This document shows positions 43,211-57,455 of a stretch of 64,000 nucleotides of DNA, piece after piece. Numbering within the stretch: the stretch's first letter is position 1; each line of letters begins with the position of its first letter. Both the position numbers and the translations under genes were made by a program. This DNA comes from Octopus vulgaris (taxonomy: Eukaryota): contig OX597835.1 of the NCBI GenBank assembly GCA_951406725.2, forward strand, positions 36,332,001 through 36,396,000, read 5' to 3'. The notes under the pieces are model-generated. The model ran no database searches, was not told where the DNA came from, and was given only the letters and a program-made list of their open reading frames with translations.

Positions 43211-43382
43211 TTCATATGAATTTTGGAGAATTCTTGACTATTGAAATTATCTCCCACTCTCTTATGAAGCTGGTCTTTGCCATTTGGTAATTATGATACC
43301 TCCATTACAGGTAGAGATTAATTTAATAAATCAAGAATCTATGTTGTATGGTATTTGATATACCTGTATTTGTATATTTTGT

Positions 43383-43615
43383 AAGGCGGTGAGCTGGCAG
43401 AACCGTTAGCACGTCGGGCGAGATGCCTAGCGGTATTTCGTCTGCCGTTACGTTCTGAGTTCAAATTCCGCCGAGGTCGACTTTGCCTTTCATCCTTTCG
43501 GGGTCGATAAATTAAGTACCAGTTACGCACTGGGGTCGATGTAATCGACTTAATCCGTTTGTCTGTCCTTGTTTGTCCTCTCTGTGTTTAGCCCCTCGTG
43601 GGTAGTAAAGAAATA
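43383..43615 (+). mobile_element. SINE family B monomer, 18-bp TSD
   Basis: TGTATTTGTATATTTTGT at 43365-43382 and 43616-43633. Confidence 0.95.
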
Positions 43616-43957
43616 TGTATTTGTATATTTTGTTCAAATACATGCCAGTGACCCCTCAGTTATTTCCTGTTTGTCTAAATTATGGAAATTACCTACGCCA
43701 TTAATGTGTTCTACTCTTTTGTGTATACAAGTCTAATTCCCTTGACTCCAGAAGATAAGTTCGAACAGGTGACATTGGTATAATGAGTGGTCATTGGTAT
43801 AATGAATCATTGTACTAATTAATACTAATCCTCGTGAATCTAGTCGTTATCATTGAGTAATTGAAAGTGTGTGAGGCATATGAATCTAGAATTGTTTAGG
43901 GAAGACGGAAGAGAAGAAGAGAGGGAACGAAAAAGAGGAAGGAGAGGATTCCTTGTA

Positions 43958-44199
43958 TCTTCTTGAGTCATACCGGCTTTTAAGGGCCGGTTTCCCTGTT
44001 TCCTTGGCGCATAAATTCTTCACTTGGATGAGACGTTGGTCCGTCACAGGATTACTCATTTTTGCCAGCTGAGTGGACTGGGGTTACATGAAATGAGGTG
44101 TCTTGCTCAAGAACACAATGCATCGCCCGGTCCAGGAATCGAAACTACAATCTTACGATGATGAATCCAACACCCTAACTCCTAAGCCACACGTTTCCA
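43958..44199 (-). mobile_element. tRNA-derived SINE with the V-like tail of the 12186 copy
   Basis: Tail homologous to 12385-12480; approximate AGAGGA(T/G)TCCTT flanking duplication. Confidence 0.7.
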
Positions 44200-44796
44200 A
44201 TAGAGGAGTCCTTGGGCTCAAAATAAAATAATAAAAATACAATAACTCTTCCCAGTTCTCAAAATATAAATAGGAAGAATGATTTATTACCCAGTAACTA
44301 TTGGAATGTCATTAACGATTTTGTCTTTGTCGCCTTCGAAGTATGTGAAGCATATGAATCCGGGGTTGTTTAGAGAAGTGGGACGGGGAGCATTGCCCGT
44401 GACCTGTTACAAAGCCTCTGGGATGGGTGGGAGAGGAGGAGGTAGGAAAGGAGGAAGAGAAGAATGGAGATAAGGAGGGAGGGAAAGAGGGAGAGGGAGA
44501 GAAAGAAGGATAAGAAAAGTAGGGAGAGAAAGAGAAGAGAGGAAAAGAGAGGTCTTATGGGTCGGGGTCAAATAAAACATACGAAAAAAAATCCTAGTTC
44601 TCGAAAAGACAATGTAGAGAATTATTTATCTCCCAGTAACCATTGGTATGTCGAACGATTTCGTCTTTGGCGCGTTTGTTTTGGCATACCATCGACTATA
44701 TAAGGATGATTTATTTGATTATTCGTCAGTGATCATAACACGTCTAAGATGAATGGCTGCTAGAATTTACGTCACTCAGCTTCGGACTAAGTTAGG

Positions 44797-45028
44797 CTAA
44801 GTTACGGGGACGTAAACACACCACCATCGGTTGCCAAGCGATGTTATCCAAGGGAGAGGCAAATGGACCGATATAGCTTGGCACCAGTGACGTCGCAGCT
44901 GAGTGAACTGGAGTAATGTGAAATAAAGTGTCTTGCTCAAGAGCACAACATGCAGTCCGATCCGGGATTCGAACTCACAACCGCACGGTCGTAAGTTCGT
45001 CGCTCTAACCACTGAGCCATGCGCCTTC
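44797..45028 (-). mobile_element. tRNA-derived SINE joined to a family A 3' module
   Basis: Head GAAGGCGCATGGCTCAGTGG...GAGTTCGAATCCC on minus strand; ends in the family A GTTTACGTCCCCGTAACTTAG segment. Confidence 0.7.
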
Positions 45029-45299
45029 ATGCGTATACACATATGTTTGTATATATCTATATGCTTGTATGTATGTATAAACATATTTACGTTTCGCTTT
45101 ATTACTAATGTGCTTTCACTATTTTATAACGCGTGTAAATATATATGTATACATACACATACATGCACATACACACACACACACACACACGCAAACACAC
45201 AAATACACTCATACATATATACATACATAAGTGTTTGTATTAGCACGTGTTGGCTGTATGGTGATATATATACGAAAGATTTCGCATATATACACACAT

Positions 45300-45377
<78 letters not shown>

Positions 45378-46037
45378 GATTTACATATATGTGTTTTTGC
45401 AAGTAATATTATTAAATCGAAAACACATTATTTTAATAACAATGAGGAACCATAAAAATATTTTTTTTAATTAAATACGCTTTGTCTTCAGCAAGAAATC
45501 AAACGAAACACAAAAGAAACGGAACGCTATCAGTCGAAAATGATCAAAGAATTTGCTTCTATGGTTTCTAGCATGTCTGGAAGATATGTTAGCAATGATA
45601 TCAACTTATATTCCAATATATGAAGGATTTGGTCCCATTTCGATAACGTTAATCTATTTATTATAAACATGATAATATAGTCGAAGGAATATAATTGCCA
45701 TTTTGTTGGTTTGTGATTCGTTATTTTTCCTTTTTTTTTCTTTGGAGAAGGAGTGGTTTTTTTGCGGAAGGCTTGTTGGGGGCGGGGTGGGAGATTACCA
45801 TTTATTTTTGCAATATGTGCAAATAGAAATGCTTCTATGTCAGTCTAATCTAGAATGTTTCATAATAGGAATCTGATTCTAGGGAAATATTAGCGCTACA
45901 ATACCGAAGTTTTCATGTGAAGAAGGAGAGAAAGAATCTGAGAATTCTATCGAGTAAAGATTTCTTTAGTAAATTATATTTAATAAAAGTCGTATCTATC
46001 GCGTATAGCAAACTATCTATCTACCTAACCTTATATA

Positions 46038-46117
<80 letters not shown>

Positions 46118-46511
46118 TATCGCGTGTTTGTGCCTTTGTATATATTTATATAGTCATACGCAGATACACACAGATATATGTATGTATGTATATATGTGGT
46201 TACCGGTTTAGCCAACCGAAGATCCGACCATGCAACAAGTTGTACGATACTCCATTTTTCCAATATCTCAAAGCTACCTCACACACACACACACACACCA
46301 CACTCTCTCTCATACACACATACGCACACACACACACATACATACATACACACTCATATAATATATACTTTATTATTAAACCTGGAATCCATTCTTGATC
46401 ACAACTACTCGACGAACAGTTTTTGTGATAGTTTTGTGATGTTTTTGTATAATAAAGCATATTACTCTGCTTCCGGTATTTATGTACTTACTCGGATACA
46501 TAGGTATATGT

Positions 46512-46632
<121 letters not shown>

Positions 46633-46826
46633 TACATTATATAAAAGGGCTTAGTAAAATAAATTACTTTGCCGCATACTGAACTCATTAGAAATAGCAG
46701 CTAAAAAACTTTTATAAAGCTATTTCTAATACTTAAAGAAAATCTCTCTCATATATAGTGTTTGCTTAATTCAACTCACAAAAGTTTGGGGGTAAGGACA
46801 TTAAAAAATCAAATGCTAAGGTTATT

Positions 46827-46878
46827 CGAGAACGTACGTTTCAAGATTAGTCAAAACAACATTTCTATCTTCAGCTCA
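46827..46878 (-). ncRNA. Type I HHR, array copy 1
   Basis: TGAG-CTGAAGA-T-AGA(..)TCT-T-GAAA-CGTACG-TT-CTC(G). Confidence 0.75.
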
Positions 46879-47371
46879 GAAACTCCTTGGTTTGGATTTG
46901 GAAACACTGAAAGTAAGAACATACCCTTTCGAAGATCCGCTCGTAACTAACAGTGCCAACAAACCCAAATAAGCAAGTGAAGAATTTCTGTTCTCCCCTT
47001 TCCACCAGCGTGGGTTAAAATCATCAAACGCTATGCTTATTTCGGTAAAATCCGAAGCATTAATTAGAGGGAGATTAATTATAATTTCAACAATTGAGGG
47101 TAAAATTAATTAATTATTAATCAATTTCACCAAGTGTTCAGTGTGCAAAGGGACCATTTAAGGCGAATTCAAATTATTACATTATATAAAAGGGCTTAGT
47201 AAAATAAATTACTTTGCCGCATACTGAACTCATTAGAAATAGCAGCTAAAAAACTTTTTTAAAGCTATTTCTAATACTTAAAGAAAATCTCTCTCATATA
47301 TAGTGTTTGCTTAATTCAACTCACAAAAGTTTGGGGGTAAGGACATTAAAAAATCAAATGCTAAGGTTATT

Positions 47372-47423
47372 TGAGAACGTACGTTTCAAGATTAGTCAAA
47401 ACAACATTTCTATCTTCAGCTCA
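47372..47423 (-). ncRNA. Type I HHR, array copy 2
   Basis: Same motif, +545 bp. Confidence 0.75.
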
Positions 47424-47916
47424 GAAACTCCTTGGTTTGGATTTGGAAACACTGAAAGTAAGAACATACCCTTTCGAAGATCCGCTCGTAACTAACAGTG
47501 CCAACAAACCCAAATAAGCAAGTGAAGAATTTCTGTTCTCCCCTTTCCACCAGCGTGGGTTAAAATCATCAAACGCTATGCTTATTTCGGTAAAATCCGA
47601 AGCATTAATTAGAGGGAGATTAATTATAATTTCAACAATTGAGGGTAAAATTAATTAATTATTAATCAATTTCACCAAGTGTTCAGTATGCAAAGGGACC
47701 ATTTAAGGCGAATTCAAATTATTACATTATATAAAAGGGCTTAGTAAAATAAATTACTTTGCCGCATACTGAACTCATTAGAAATAGCAGCTAAAAAACT
47801 TTTTTAAAGCTATTTCTAATACTTAAAGAAAATCTCTCTCATATATAGTGTTTGCTTAATTCAACTCACAAAAGTTTGGGGGTAAGGACATTAAAAAATC
47901 AAATGCTAAGGTTATT

Positions 47917-47968
47917 TGAGAACGTACGTTTCAAGATTAGTCAAAACAACATTTCTATCTTCAGCTCA
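47917..47968 (-). ncRNA. Type I HHR, array copy 3
   Basis: Same motif, +1090 bp. Confidence 0.75.
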
Positions 47969-48734
47969 GAAACTCCTTGGTTTGGATTTGGAAACACTGA
48001 AAGTAAGAACATACCCTTTCGAAGATCCGCTCGTAACTAACAGTGCCAACAAACCCAAATAAGCAAGTGAAGAATTTCTGTTCTCCCCTTTCCACCAGCG
48101 TGGGTTAAAATCATCAAACGCTATGCTTATTTCGGTAAAATCCGAAGCATTAATTAGAGGGAGATTAATTATAATTTCAACAATTGAGGGTAAAATTAAT
48201 TAATTATTAATCAATTTCACCAAGTGTTCAGTATGCAAAGGGACCATTTAAGGCGAATTCAAATTATTACATTATATAAAAGGGCTTAGTAAAATAAATT
48301 AAGCAAACACTATATATGAGAGAGATTTTCTTTAAGTATTAGAAATAGCTTTAAAAAAGTTTTTTAGCTGCTATTTCTAATGAGTTCAGTATGCGGCAAA
48401 GTAATTTATTTTACTAAGCCCTTTTATATAATGTAATAATTTGAATTCGCCTTAAATGGTCCCTTTGCATACTGAACACTTGGTGAAATTGATTAATAAT
48501 TAATTAATTTTACCCTCAATTGTTGAAATTATAATTAATCTCCCTCTAATTAATGCTTCGGATTTTACCGAAATAAGCATAGCGTTTGATGATTTTAACC
48601 CACGCTGGTGGAAAGGGGAGAACAGAAATTCTTCACTTGCTTATTTGGGTTTGTTGGCACTGTTAGTTACGAGCGGATCTTCGAAAGGGTATGTTCTTAC
48701 TTTCAGTGTTTCCAAATCCAAACCAAGGAGTTTC

Positions 48735-48786
48735 TGAGCTGAAGATAGAAATGTTGTTTTGACTAATCTTGAAACGTACGTTCTCA
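48735..48786 (+). ncRNA. Type I HHR, inverted array copy
   Basis: TGAGCTGAAGATAGAAATGTTGTTTTGACTAATCTTGAAACGTACGTTCTCA read directly on the + strand. Confidence 0.78.
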
Positions 48787-49071
48787 AATAACCTTAGCAT
48801 TTGATTTTTTAATGTCCTTACCCCCAAACTTTTGTGAGTTGAATTAAGCAAACACTATATATGAGAGAGATTTTCTTTAAGTATTAGAAATAGCTTTAAA
48901 AAAGTTTTTTAGCTGCTATTTCTAATGAGTTCAGTATGCGACAAAGTAATTTATTTTACTAAGCCCTTTTATATAATGTAATAATTTGAATTCGCCTTAA
49001 ATGGTCCCTTTGCATACTGAACACTTGGTGAAATTGATTAATAATTAATTAATTTTACCCTCAATTGTTGA

Positions 49072-49126
<55 letters not shown>

Positions 49127-49157
49127 TATATACATATATATATATACATATATATTA

Positions 49158-49858
49158 CATAAGCAACAAGGATATCCAAAGGTAGTGTAGTACAATCGTT
49201 TCATGCTACTTCATTTAATTAAACAATGTAAGTATTACATCAGTTTTAAAATGTAGAGCAATCTTCAGCCACATATGGAATTTTTAAAATTAAATAGACA
49301 ATGTTCATTTTTATACTTATTCCATTTATCAACATTACAAAGAGGGTAGATATATAGACAGAGAGGTGAATTTCATCAGTAAGAACATGGTAGTGGAAGA
49401 TCTTTCCTCATGGGCTTTTTATCACTGAGTTCACTTTGTTATTTAGATTTACCAACAGTTTTTAACCCTTCTGTTACGAATTCTTTTTTGATGCGATGTG
49501 AGAGTTCATTGGCGTAATTCTCTTGCCAGAATTGAATTGCCCCTTTCCTAGGCTGTGGGGGATATTAGAATATAAGTTGACTTCATCGAAGGATACTGGT
49601 AGGGCGTTTTTGTTTATTGTTTTAGGGAGGTAATTGATCATATCTAGGTCGTCCCTTGTGTAGCTTTTGATATACTTGAGGAATGGTTTTAAGAGGGTAT
49701 TTAAAAAGTTACTGAGGCGGTGGGTTTTGCATGCGGGACCTGCTATTATGGGTCTCAATCTGAGGTCATTAGCAGTAAGGGCCTTGATTATTATGTCTGT
49801 GGCTGTCCGGCATGCGTTACTTATTTTCTCACTTTTGTGCATCTTAGGAATACCGTTA
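49158..49858 (-). mobile_element. Internally deleted Penelope-like element: RT fragment plus HHR-bearing 3' end
   Basis: GIPKMHK..LRPIIAGPACKTHRLSNFLNTLLKP..SYTRDDLD..LP..VSFDEVNLYSNIPH matches the PLE RT N-terminal motifs; HHR lies downstream on the same strand. Confidence 0.88.
49186..49273 (-). ncRNA. Type I HHR with extended stem II
   Basis: TGTGG-CTGAAGA-TTGC...GCAT-GAAA-CGATTG-TA-CTACA. Confidence 0.75.
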
Positions 49859-50375
49859 TATATATAACACGTGTGTATGCTTGTACGTATGCAGTGAAAT
49901 CTGTGTGTGTGTGAGAGCCTGTGTGTGTGTGTTTATGTGTGTATATATATATATATATCCGTAATTGCGATTGTGTGTGTATGCATGCATATGTGTAACT
50001 ATGTACATCGGCGAAACCTAAGCTATTTGTACATGAGAATCTTTTTCTCTCTCTCTCTCTCCCTCTCTCTCTCTCCTCTCGTTCACCTCTCTGTCTCTCC
50101 TCTTTCTCGCTTCTCTCTCTCTCCTATTTCTCTCACTCGCTCGCTCGATTTATCTATCTATCTGTCTGACTCTCTCTTTTTCTCTCTACTCCTCTCTATC
50201 TATCTATCTATATATCTCTCTATCTTACTTTCTCCTTCTCTCTCCCTCTCCCTTTCTATACACATACAAACATTCACACACACACACATACACACACACA
50301 TGCACACACATACACACACATACAAACACATACACACACATACACACATACATACACATACACACATACACACAT

Positions 50376-50430
<55 letters not shown>

Positions 50431-50703
50431 TACACACATGCATATTTTGTGAGAAAATTTCTTCATCGTATTTTTGTTCAGATTTTACAAGTATTTTTCT
50501 TCCTTTCTTTTCTTCTGTCAGATATTTCTCAACAGGATCTAACGGAAATAATAGGAACCAGCATGACAGGGAGGCTCTATGCGGTTACACTTACCTGCTA
50601 GAAATAGAAAACAACCCACCCTCTCATGTCACAACCAACCATCTTGAAAATATGAAAAAAAAAGCATAAATAATGGAAGGAAACATTTAGGTAACGCCTG
50701 TGA

Positions 50704-50789
<86 letters not shown>

Positions 50790-50910
50790 GCATATGTATA
50801 TATATATATTTATACACATATATGTACATATGTATATATATATGTACATATATGTGTATAAATATATATATATATATATACATATGCCCATATATATATA
50901 TGGGCATATG

Positions 50911-50950
<40 letters not shown>

Positions 50951-51110
50951 CACATATATGTACATATATATATGCATAAGTGCATATGTATATATACGTA
51001 TATATATATATGCACATATATATGCATATATATATAAACGTATATATGTTTATATTATTACATACATATATACACACTCACTCATCCACACACATATATA
51101 TTACTGTATA

Positions 51111-51147
<37 letters not shown>

Positions 51148-51954
51148 GCATATTTATACCCACATATTTATATATATGCACATGTGTGTGTATGTGTGTG
51201 TGTGTGTGTTTGTGCATATGTATGAAAGTATGTATATATATATATACATAGATATATAAATGTACATATACACATAATATAGGTAGTCAAATTATGCTTG
51301 TATATATGACGGGGTGGTCACGGTTAAATTCTCTTTGATCATATTATGTCTACTGTGTTAGCAGTGACCTGGGGCTAAACAATATGATCTTAAATAAATA
51401 TAAACGTTAGATACTCTAAAGAAATTAAGCCAAAAACCTTATTTCCACCGGAGATTTTTTTTCGCTGATTATCGGTGGATGTTTCAAGAATTGTCTTTCA
51501 TCTTCTGTTCCATGGCCACAGCAACTCAAAAGACCGTTTCACGTGTGATGGCACAGAAATTGGTGGATCCGCTGTTTCCAAGATGGTTGCTGTTGGTGTT
51601 GATGTTGTTGTTGCTGTTTCGATCATGACTAGACGTTTACATTTTTTTTTCAGGTGAGAAGAATATTCGTGTGTGTGTGTGTGTGTGTGTGTATGGATAT
51701 ATGTATATATGTGTGTGTATGCGTACTTAAGAGTATGTGCATGCGTGTACATATGTATGTATTGCGTAAGAATATCTATAGAGATATAAATGTGTTTACA
51801 TGCATATGTGTGTATGTGTGTATATATGTGTGTATGTGTATTCATATGTGTGTTGATATTTATACGCATACATGTATATATATGCGGATATACATTCATA
51901 TTTATATACCTGTATAAGTATATATATGTGTGTGTGTGTGTGTGTATACATCAA

Positions 51955-52007
<53 letters not shown>

Positions 52008-52437
52008 CATATATGTATATACATATATACATACATATATGTATATACATATATACATACATGTATACATAAATTTATGTATGTTTGTGTGTATATATAT
52101 ATATATACATATGTGTGTAAGTATGTATATATCCATGTGTATGTGTGTGTGTGTGTGTAAAATGAATCATGAATAGATTAGTCCATGGGGTTTCATTGTC
52201 TTTCACTTGTAGCTCATTTTTTCTTTCTTCCTTTCATTCTTCTTCTATATCCTCCTTCCTTCCTTCCTTCCTTCATTCATTCATTCAATCTTTCTTTCTT
52301 TTCCCTCTTGTAGGGGTGGTGAATCGAAGAAAGTTGGAACTGACTATACGCACCCAAAAATCTTTCTAATTAAGACCTGTTCTCTATGCAGTAGCGTTTA
52401 TATAAACACACACACACATGGATGCATATACATTTAT

Positions 52438-52492
<55 letters not shown>

Positions 52493-52493
<1 letters not shown>

Positions 52494-52665
52494 TTTATTT
52501 AAAGCAGCAGAAAATTCAACAAAATCTGTTACTCTGAGTTTAGAAACTCAGAGTAACAGATTTTGTTGAATTTTCTGCTGCTTTAAATAAAGCATATTAC
52601 TCTACCACTGGTATTTGAGTACTCTTTTTTCCACCTTGTTTCACATTTATGTGTTTACTGCGGTG
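52493..52665 (+). mobile_element. Fold-back PLE-type insert (49-bp perfect arms plus ~73-nt tail) in (TA)n
   Basis: Arms 52493-52541 / 52544-52592; tail nearly identical to the reverse complement of 27997-28068. Confidence 0.85.
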
Positions 52666-52704
52666 TATATATATATTATAGTATTTATCTATTATATATT
52701 ATAG

Positions 52705-52781
<77 letters not shown>

Positions 52782-52841
52782 CCACGATAGATCGTTAGCC
52801 ACTACACACATTTTTCTCTCCTTGTTTTTTTTTCTGTGTCC

Positions 52842-52877
52842 CTTTCTGTAGAAGAGCATAGGCTCGAAACGTAAAAG
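52842..52877 (+). ncRNA. Minimal HHR-like motif with variant core CUGUAGA (in insert 52779-52972)
   Basis: CTTT-CTGTAGA-A-GAGC(ATAG)GCTC-GAAA-CG-TA-AAAG. Confidence 0.6.
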
Positions 52878-53148
52878 ACTTTTTCTATTCCTGAGCGTTA
52901 TACTAATACACCACCTGTCTTTGTTTTGTACACCACCTGTCTTCGTCTTTTTTTTTTTTCGTAAACTCTCCCTATATATATATAGTACCAATCTTAAAAG
53001 AAAAAAAATTTTTTTTAAGTACAAGAGTTTGACTAAAACTATTCAGAGCGATGTTCCAGCAGGGCCGCAGTCCAGTGACGGGAACAAGTAAAAGAAGAAA
53101 AAAACAGATAACTACAACTAATAAGATTCTGTTTATCTTTCTCGATGC

Positions 53149-53282
53149 TCTTCTTCTTCTTCTTCTTCTTCTTCTTCTTCTTCTTCTTCTTCTTCTTCTT
53201 CTTCTTCTTCTACTTCTTCTTCTTCGTCGTCGTCGTCGTCTTCTTCTTCTTCTTCTTCTTCTCTTCTTCTTTCTTCTTCTTC

Positions 53283-53314
<32 letters not shown>

Positions 53315-53429
53315 CTTCTACTTCTTCTTCTTCTACTTCTTCTTCTTCTTCTACTTCTTCTTCTACTTCTTCTTCTTCTTCTTCTACTTCTTCTTCTTCT
53401 TCTTCTTCTTCTACTTCTTCTTCTTCTTC

Positions 53430-53491
<62 letters not shown>

Positions 53492-53555
53492 CTTCTTCTT
53501 CTTCTTCTTCTACTTCTTCTTCTTCTACTTCTTCTTCTTCTTCTACTTCTTCTTC

Positions 53556-53587
<32 letters not shown>

Positions 53588-53633
53588 CTTCTTCTACTTC
53601 TTCTTCTACTTCTTCTTCTTCTTCTTCTTCTTC

Positions 53634-53665
<32 letters not shown>

Positions 53666-53751
53666 CTTCTATGCTCTTCTTCTTCTTCTTCTTCTTCTTC
53701 TTCTTCTTCTTCTTCTTCTTCTTCTTCTTCTTCTTCTACTTCTTCTTCTTC

Positions 53752-53783
<32 letters not shown>

Positions 53784-53802
53784 CTTCTTCTTCTTCTTCT
53801 TC

Positions 53803-53834
<32 letters not shown>

Positions 53835-53883
53835 CTTCTTCTTCGTCTTCTTCTTCTTCTTCTTCTTCTTCTTCTTCTTCTTC

Positions 53884-53915
<32 letters not shown>

Positions 53916-53943
53916 CTTCTTCTTCTTCTTCTACTTCTTCTTC

Positions 53944-53975
<32 letters not shown>

Positions 53976-54222
53976 CTTCTTCTTCTTCTTCTTCTTCTTC
54001 TTCTTCTTCTTCTTCTTCTTCTTCTTCTTCGTCGTCGTCGTCGTCTTCTTCTTCTTCTTCTTCTTCTTCTTCTTCTTCTTCTTCTTCTTCTTCTTCTTCT
54101 TCTTCTTCTTCTTCTTCGTCGTCGTCGTCGTCGTCGTCGTCGTCATCGTCGTCGTCGTCATCGTCGTCGTCGTCATCGTCGTCGTCGTCATCGTCGTCGT
54201 CGTCTTCTTCTTCTTCTTCTTC
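53149..54222. repeat. ~1.07-kb (CTT)n tract with CTA/CGT/CAT interruptions
   Basis: Direct reading. Confidence 0.95.
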
Positions 54223-54673
54223 ATGTTGCCACCATCTTCAGTTGTTTAAGGTAATCTTTTGCAGCTTGGCTAGAATTTGGCTATAATCAGAAATATATGG
54301 ATTCTGTATCGTCAACGAATGTAATCAGTTATTTAACAAGGCTGATAAGTTAAAATCATTGACTTTACAAATGGTATCCATTGCGAATTCAGTGAACAGT
54401 ACTCACGCTACACCACCGCACCAGGCTTGCGTTTGTTTAGTCTAAGTTTCACGATATGAGGTTTTCTGCGAGATTTAATCTCTTCGCAAAATTCAAGCCG
54501 ATCGAGGACAAAGATATAGGCTCTCACTTAGGAAAGACAGTTCTGGAGATTGGCGAATATCTGCACAAGGCAGCACCCCTGCACGGCTGCAGTCCAATGA
54601 CTGAAGCAAGGATTTATATAGCTGTGTGTATATGTGTGTGAGTACGTGTGTGTGTTTGTATGTGTAAGAGTAT

Positions 54674-55078
54674 AGGCGCAGGAATTGCCGTGTGTTAAGT
54701 AGCTTGCTTACCAACCACATGGTTCCGGGTTCAGTCCCACTGTGTGGCACCATGGGCAAGTGTCTTCTGCTATAGCCTCGGGCCGACCAAAGCCTTGTGA
54801 GTGGATTTGGTAGACGGAAACTGAAAGAAGCCTGTCGTATATATGTATATATATGTATGTGTATGTATATGTTTGTGTGTCTGTATTTGTCCCCACCAAC
54901 ATCGCTTGACAACCAATGTGTTTACGTCCTCGTAACTTAGCAGTTCGGCAAAATAGACCGATAGAATAAGTACTAGGCTTACAAAGAAGATGTCCTGGGG
55001 TCGATTTGCTCGACTAAAGGTGGTGCTCCAGCATGGCCGCAGTCAAATGACAGAAACAAGCAAAAGAGTAAAAGAATA
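54674..55078 (+). mobile_element. SINE family A, full length
   Basis: Homology to 11640-12055. Confidence 0.9.
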
Positions 55079-55392
55079 AGTGTGTGCACTTACATAATGG
55101 TTAGAGTATTGTATTGCTCTGACGATCGTAAGATCGAGCTTTCGATTCCCGGACAGGGTGGGGTGTCGCGTTCTTGAGCAGAACTCTTCAATTCACGCTG
55201 TTCTGCGAGCGATCACCTTGATATTTGACACGTGACAAACACGTAATATCGATTTGATGGAAGGATCAACCTAATGTACAACACAAATATGTGATCACAC
55301 ACATCGGCAAATCATCTGTGCTGGTTATTCCGCAAGTAGTTGCAGAACCCGCATCTGTCGTTGATGACGGATGAGAGTCCAGCATTCATATT

Positions 55393-55612
55393 TATTTCTT
55401 TATTGCTCACAGGGGCCTAATCACAGAGGGGATAAACAAGGACACAAGAGATTAAGTCGATTAAGCGCGTAGTTGATGCTTATTCAATCGACCCCGAAAA
55501 GATGAAAGGCAAAGTCGACCTCAGCGGAATTTGAACTCAGAACGTAACGGCAGACGAAATACTGCTAAGCATTTCGCCCGGCGTGCTAACGATTCTGCCA
55601 GCTCGCCGCCCT
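55393..55612 (-). mobile_element. SINE family B monomer
   Basis: Reverse complement of the 43383 copy. Confidence 0.85.
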
Positions 55613-56361
55613 TCTATCATTAAATTTTTTATTCATATTTTTTGGCTTTGCCAGGTGTCTTAGGAGTTAATATATAGTATTTAAATTTTCTTCATATGTG
55701 AAATATTTTGGAAATTATAATAAATTTTTCGAAAAGTCCCAAATGGGAATTGCTGAAAAACAAGCATAATTATTCTTTTCTATTCAATTGCAATAATAAA
55801 CATTTTATTCATATTAATTTGAACAGCCGCCATCTTAGTTTTTATATATTTTGCTCGTAAAATGTATTTCTTGCCTCTGATTACATTCTTTTTTTTTGTT
55901 GTTGTTGTTGCTGCTGTTGATGGTATATTGCGTTTATTTCCTTCATTATTTAAAACTATAGTATCAAATGCGAATGTGTATGAAATATCAATGAATGATA
56001 TAGGGGAAATGCAGAAAAAAAGAAATCGTTTTCAAAACAGTCGATATTTCTGGCGTTCAAAAATTTCGATTTATGACATAAAATGTCCTCTAGAATTAAC
56101 CAAAGCTAATAATGACAAACTTTAACTACTACATATTGTTAAACACACCTCTGCATATGCAATGCACATAGGAAATTCACTTTAAATACAACGAACAACC
56201 GGCAGTGAGATTCTTTTTAGCAGATCCCCAATGAGGATCATGGCAGGCAACGGGTTAATGTAATGGATGTACATGACTCCTTAGCACATACGATACATAA
56301 ATAGCAATTGCAAAAGAAATAACCCTTTACATATACTTGGGTGCATATCACTTACATACAA

Positions 56362-56497
56362 GACTTTGCCTTTCATCCTTTCGGGGTCGATAAATTAAGT
56401 ACCAGTTACGCACTGGGTTCGATGTAATCGACTTAATCCCTTTGTCTGTTCTTATTTGTTCCCTCTATGTTTAGCCCCTTGTGGACAATAAAGAAAT

Positions 56498-56499
<2 letters not shown>
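56362..56499 (+). mobile_element. SINE family B, 5'-truncated, with (GATA)n tail
   Basis: Family B core and 3' end. Confidence 0.85.
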
Positions 56500-56583
<84 letters not shown>

Positions 56584-56949
56584 CCTGGTTTGATTAAAAA
56601 TGTTATGTAGAGGGACATGGTTATACAGATTTATAACTATTTGATGTTTGTGTTTTTAAATAATTTTGAAAACAGCAAATAACCTTACCTGAAACTTAGA
56701 AAATAAATATTCAATTCGATAGACACAAACATCGAGTGAGACTGCAAAGACTCATCTATAACGATTCGTGAAACAGATACCTATATAAATAGACAGATAT
56801 AGATAACGTATATCTATCCTTTTGTTTCAGCATGACTAGATCATCTTGTTAAAGGTTTTGAAACCGGTGGCTGCTTAATGATAGTATAAATACTGTTCAC
56901 TTTTCTCCACGTAAAAGCTCTCAAAGCCTTTTCTGCCTGTCTGTCTGTT

Positions 56950-56996
<47 letters not shown>

Positions 56997-57066
56997 TTCT
57001 CTCTTTCCCTCTCTGCATGTTTGTATATATGTGTACGTATGTGGGCGTGTGTATGTCTGTTTGCAC

Positions 57067-57119
<53 letters not shown>

Positions 57120-57151
57120 CAGACAGATAGACAGACAGATAGACAGGCAGG

Positions 57152-57218
<67 letters not shown>

Positions 57219-57220
57219 GC

Positions 57221-57264
<44 letters not shown>

Positions 57265-57303
57265 TGATAGACAGACAGATAGACAGACAGATAGACAGGC
57301 AGG

Positions 57304-57420
<117 letters not shown>

Positions 57421-57421
57421 T

Positions 57422-57455
<34 letters not shown>

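Noticed and set aside
46762-46950. 62-aa ORF repeated four times in the 545-bp array
   Set aside because: TTG start, antisense to the HHR, no recognisable motif; its identity across copies just reflects the repeat.
53051-54286. Long poly-L/S/F ORFs, and similar YI/VC/MYVC/GWLV/poly-T ORFs across the window
   Set aside because: Translations of stop-free microsatellites.
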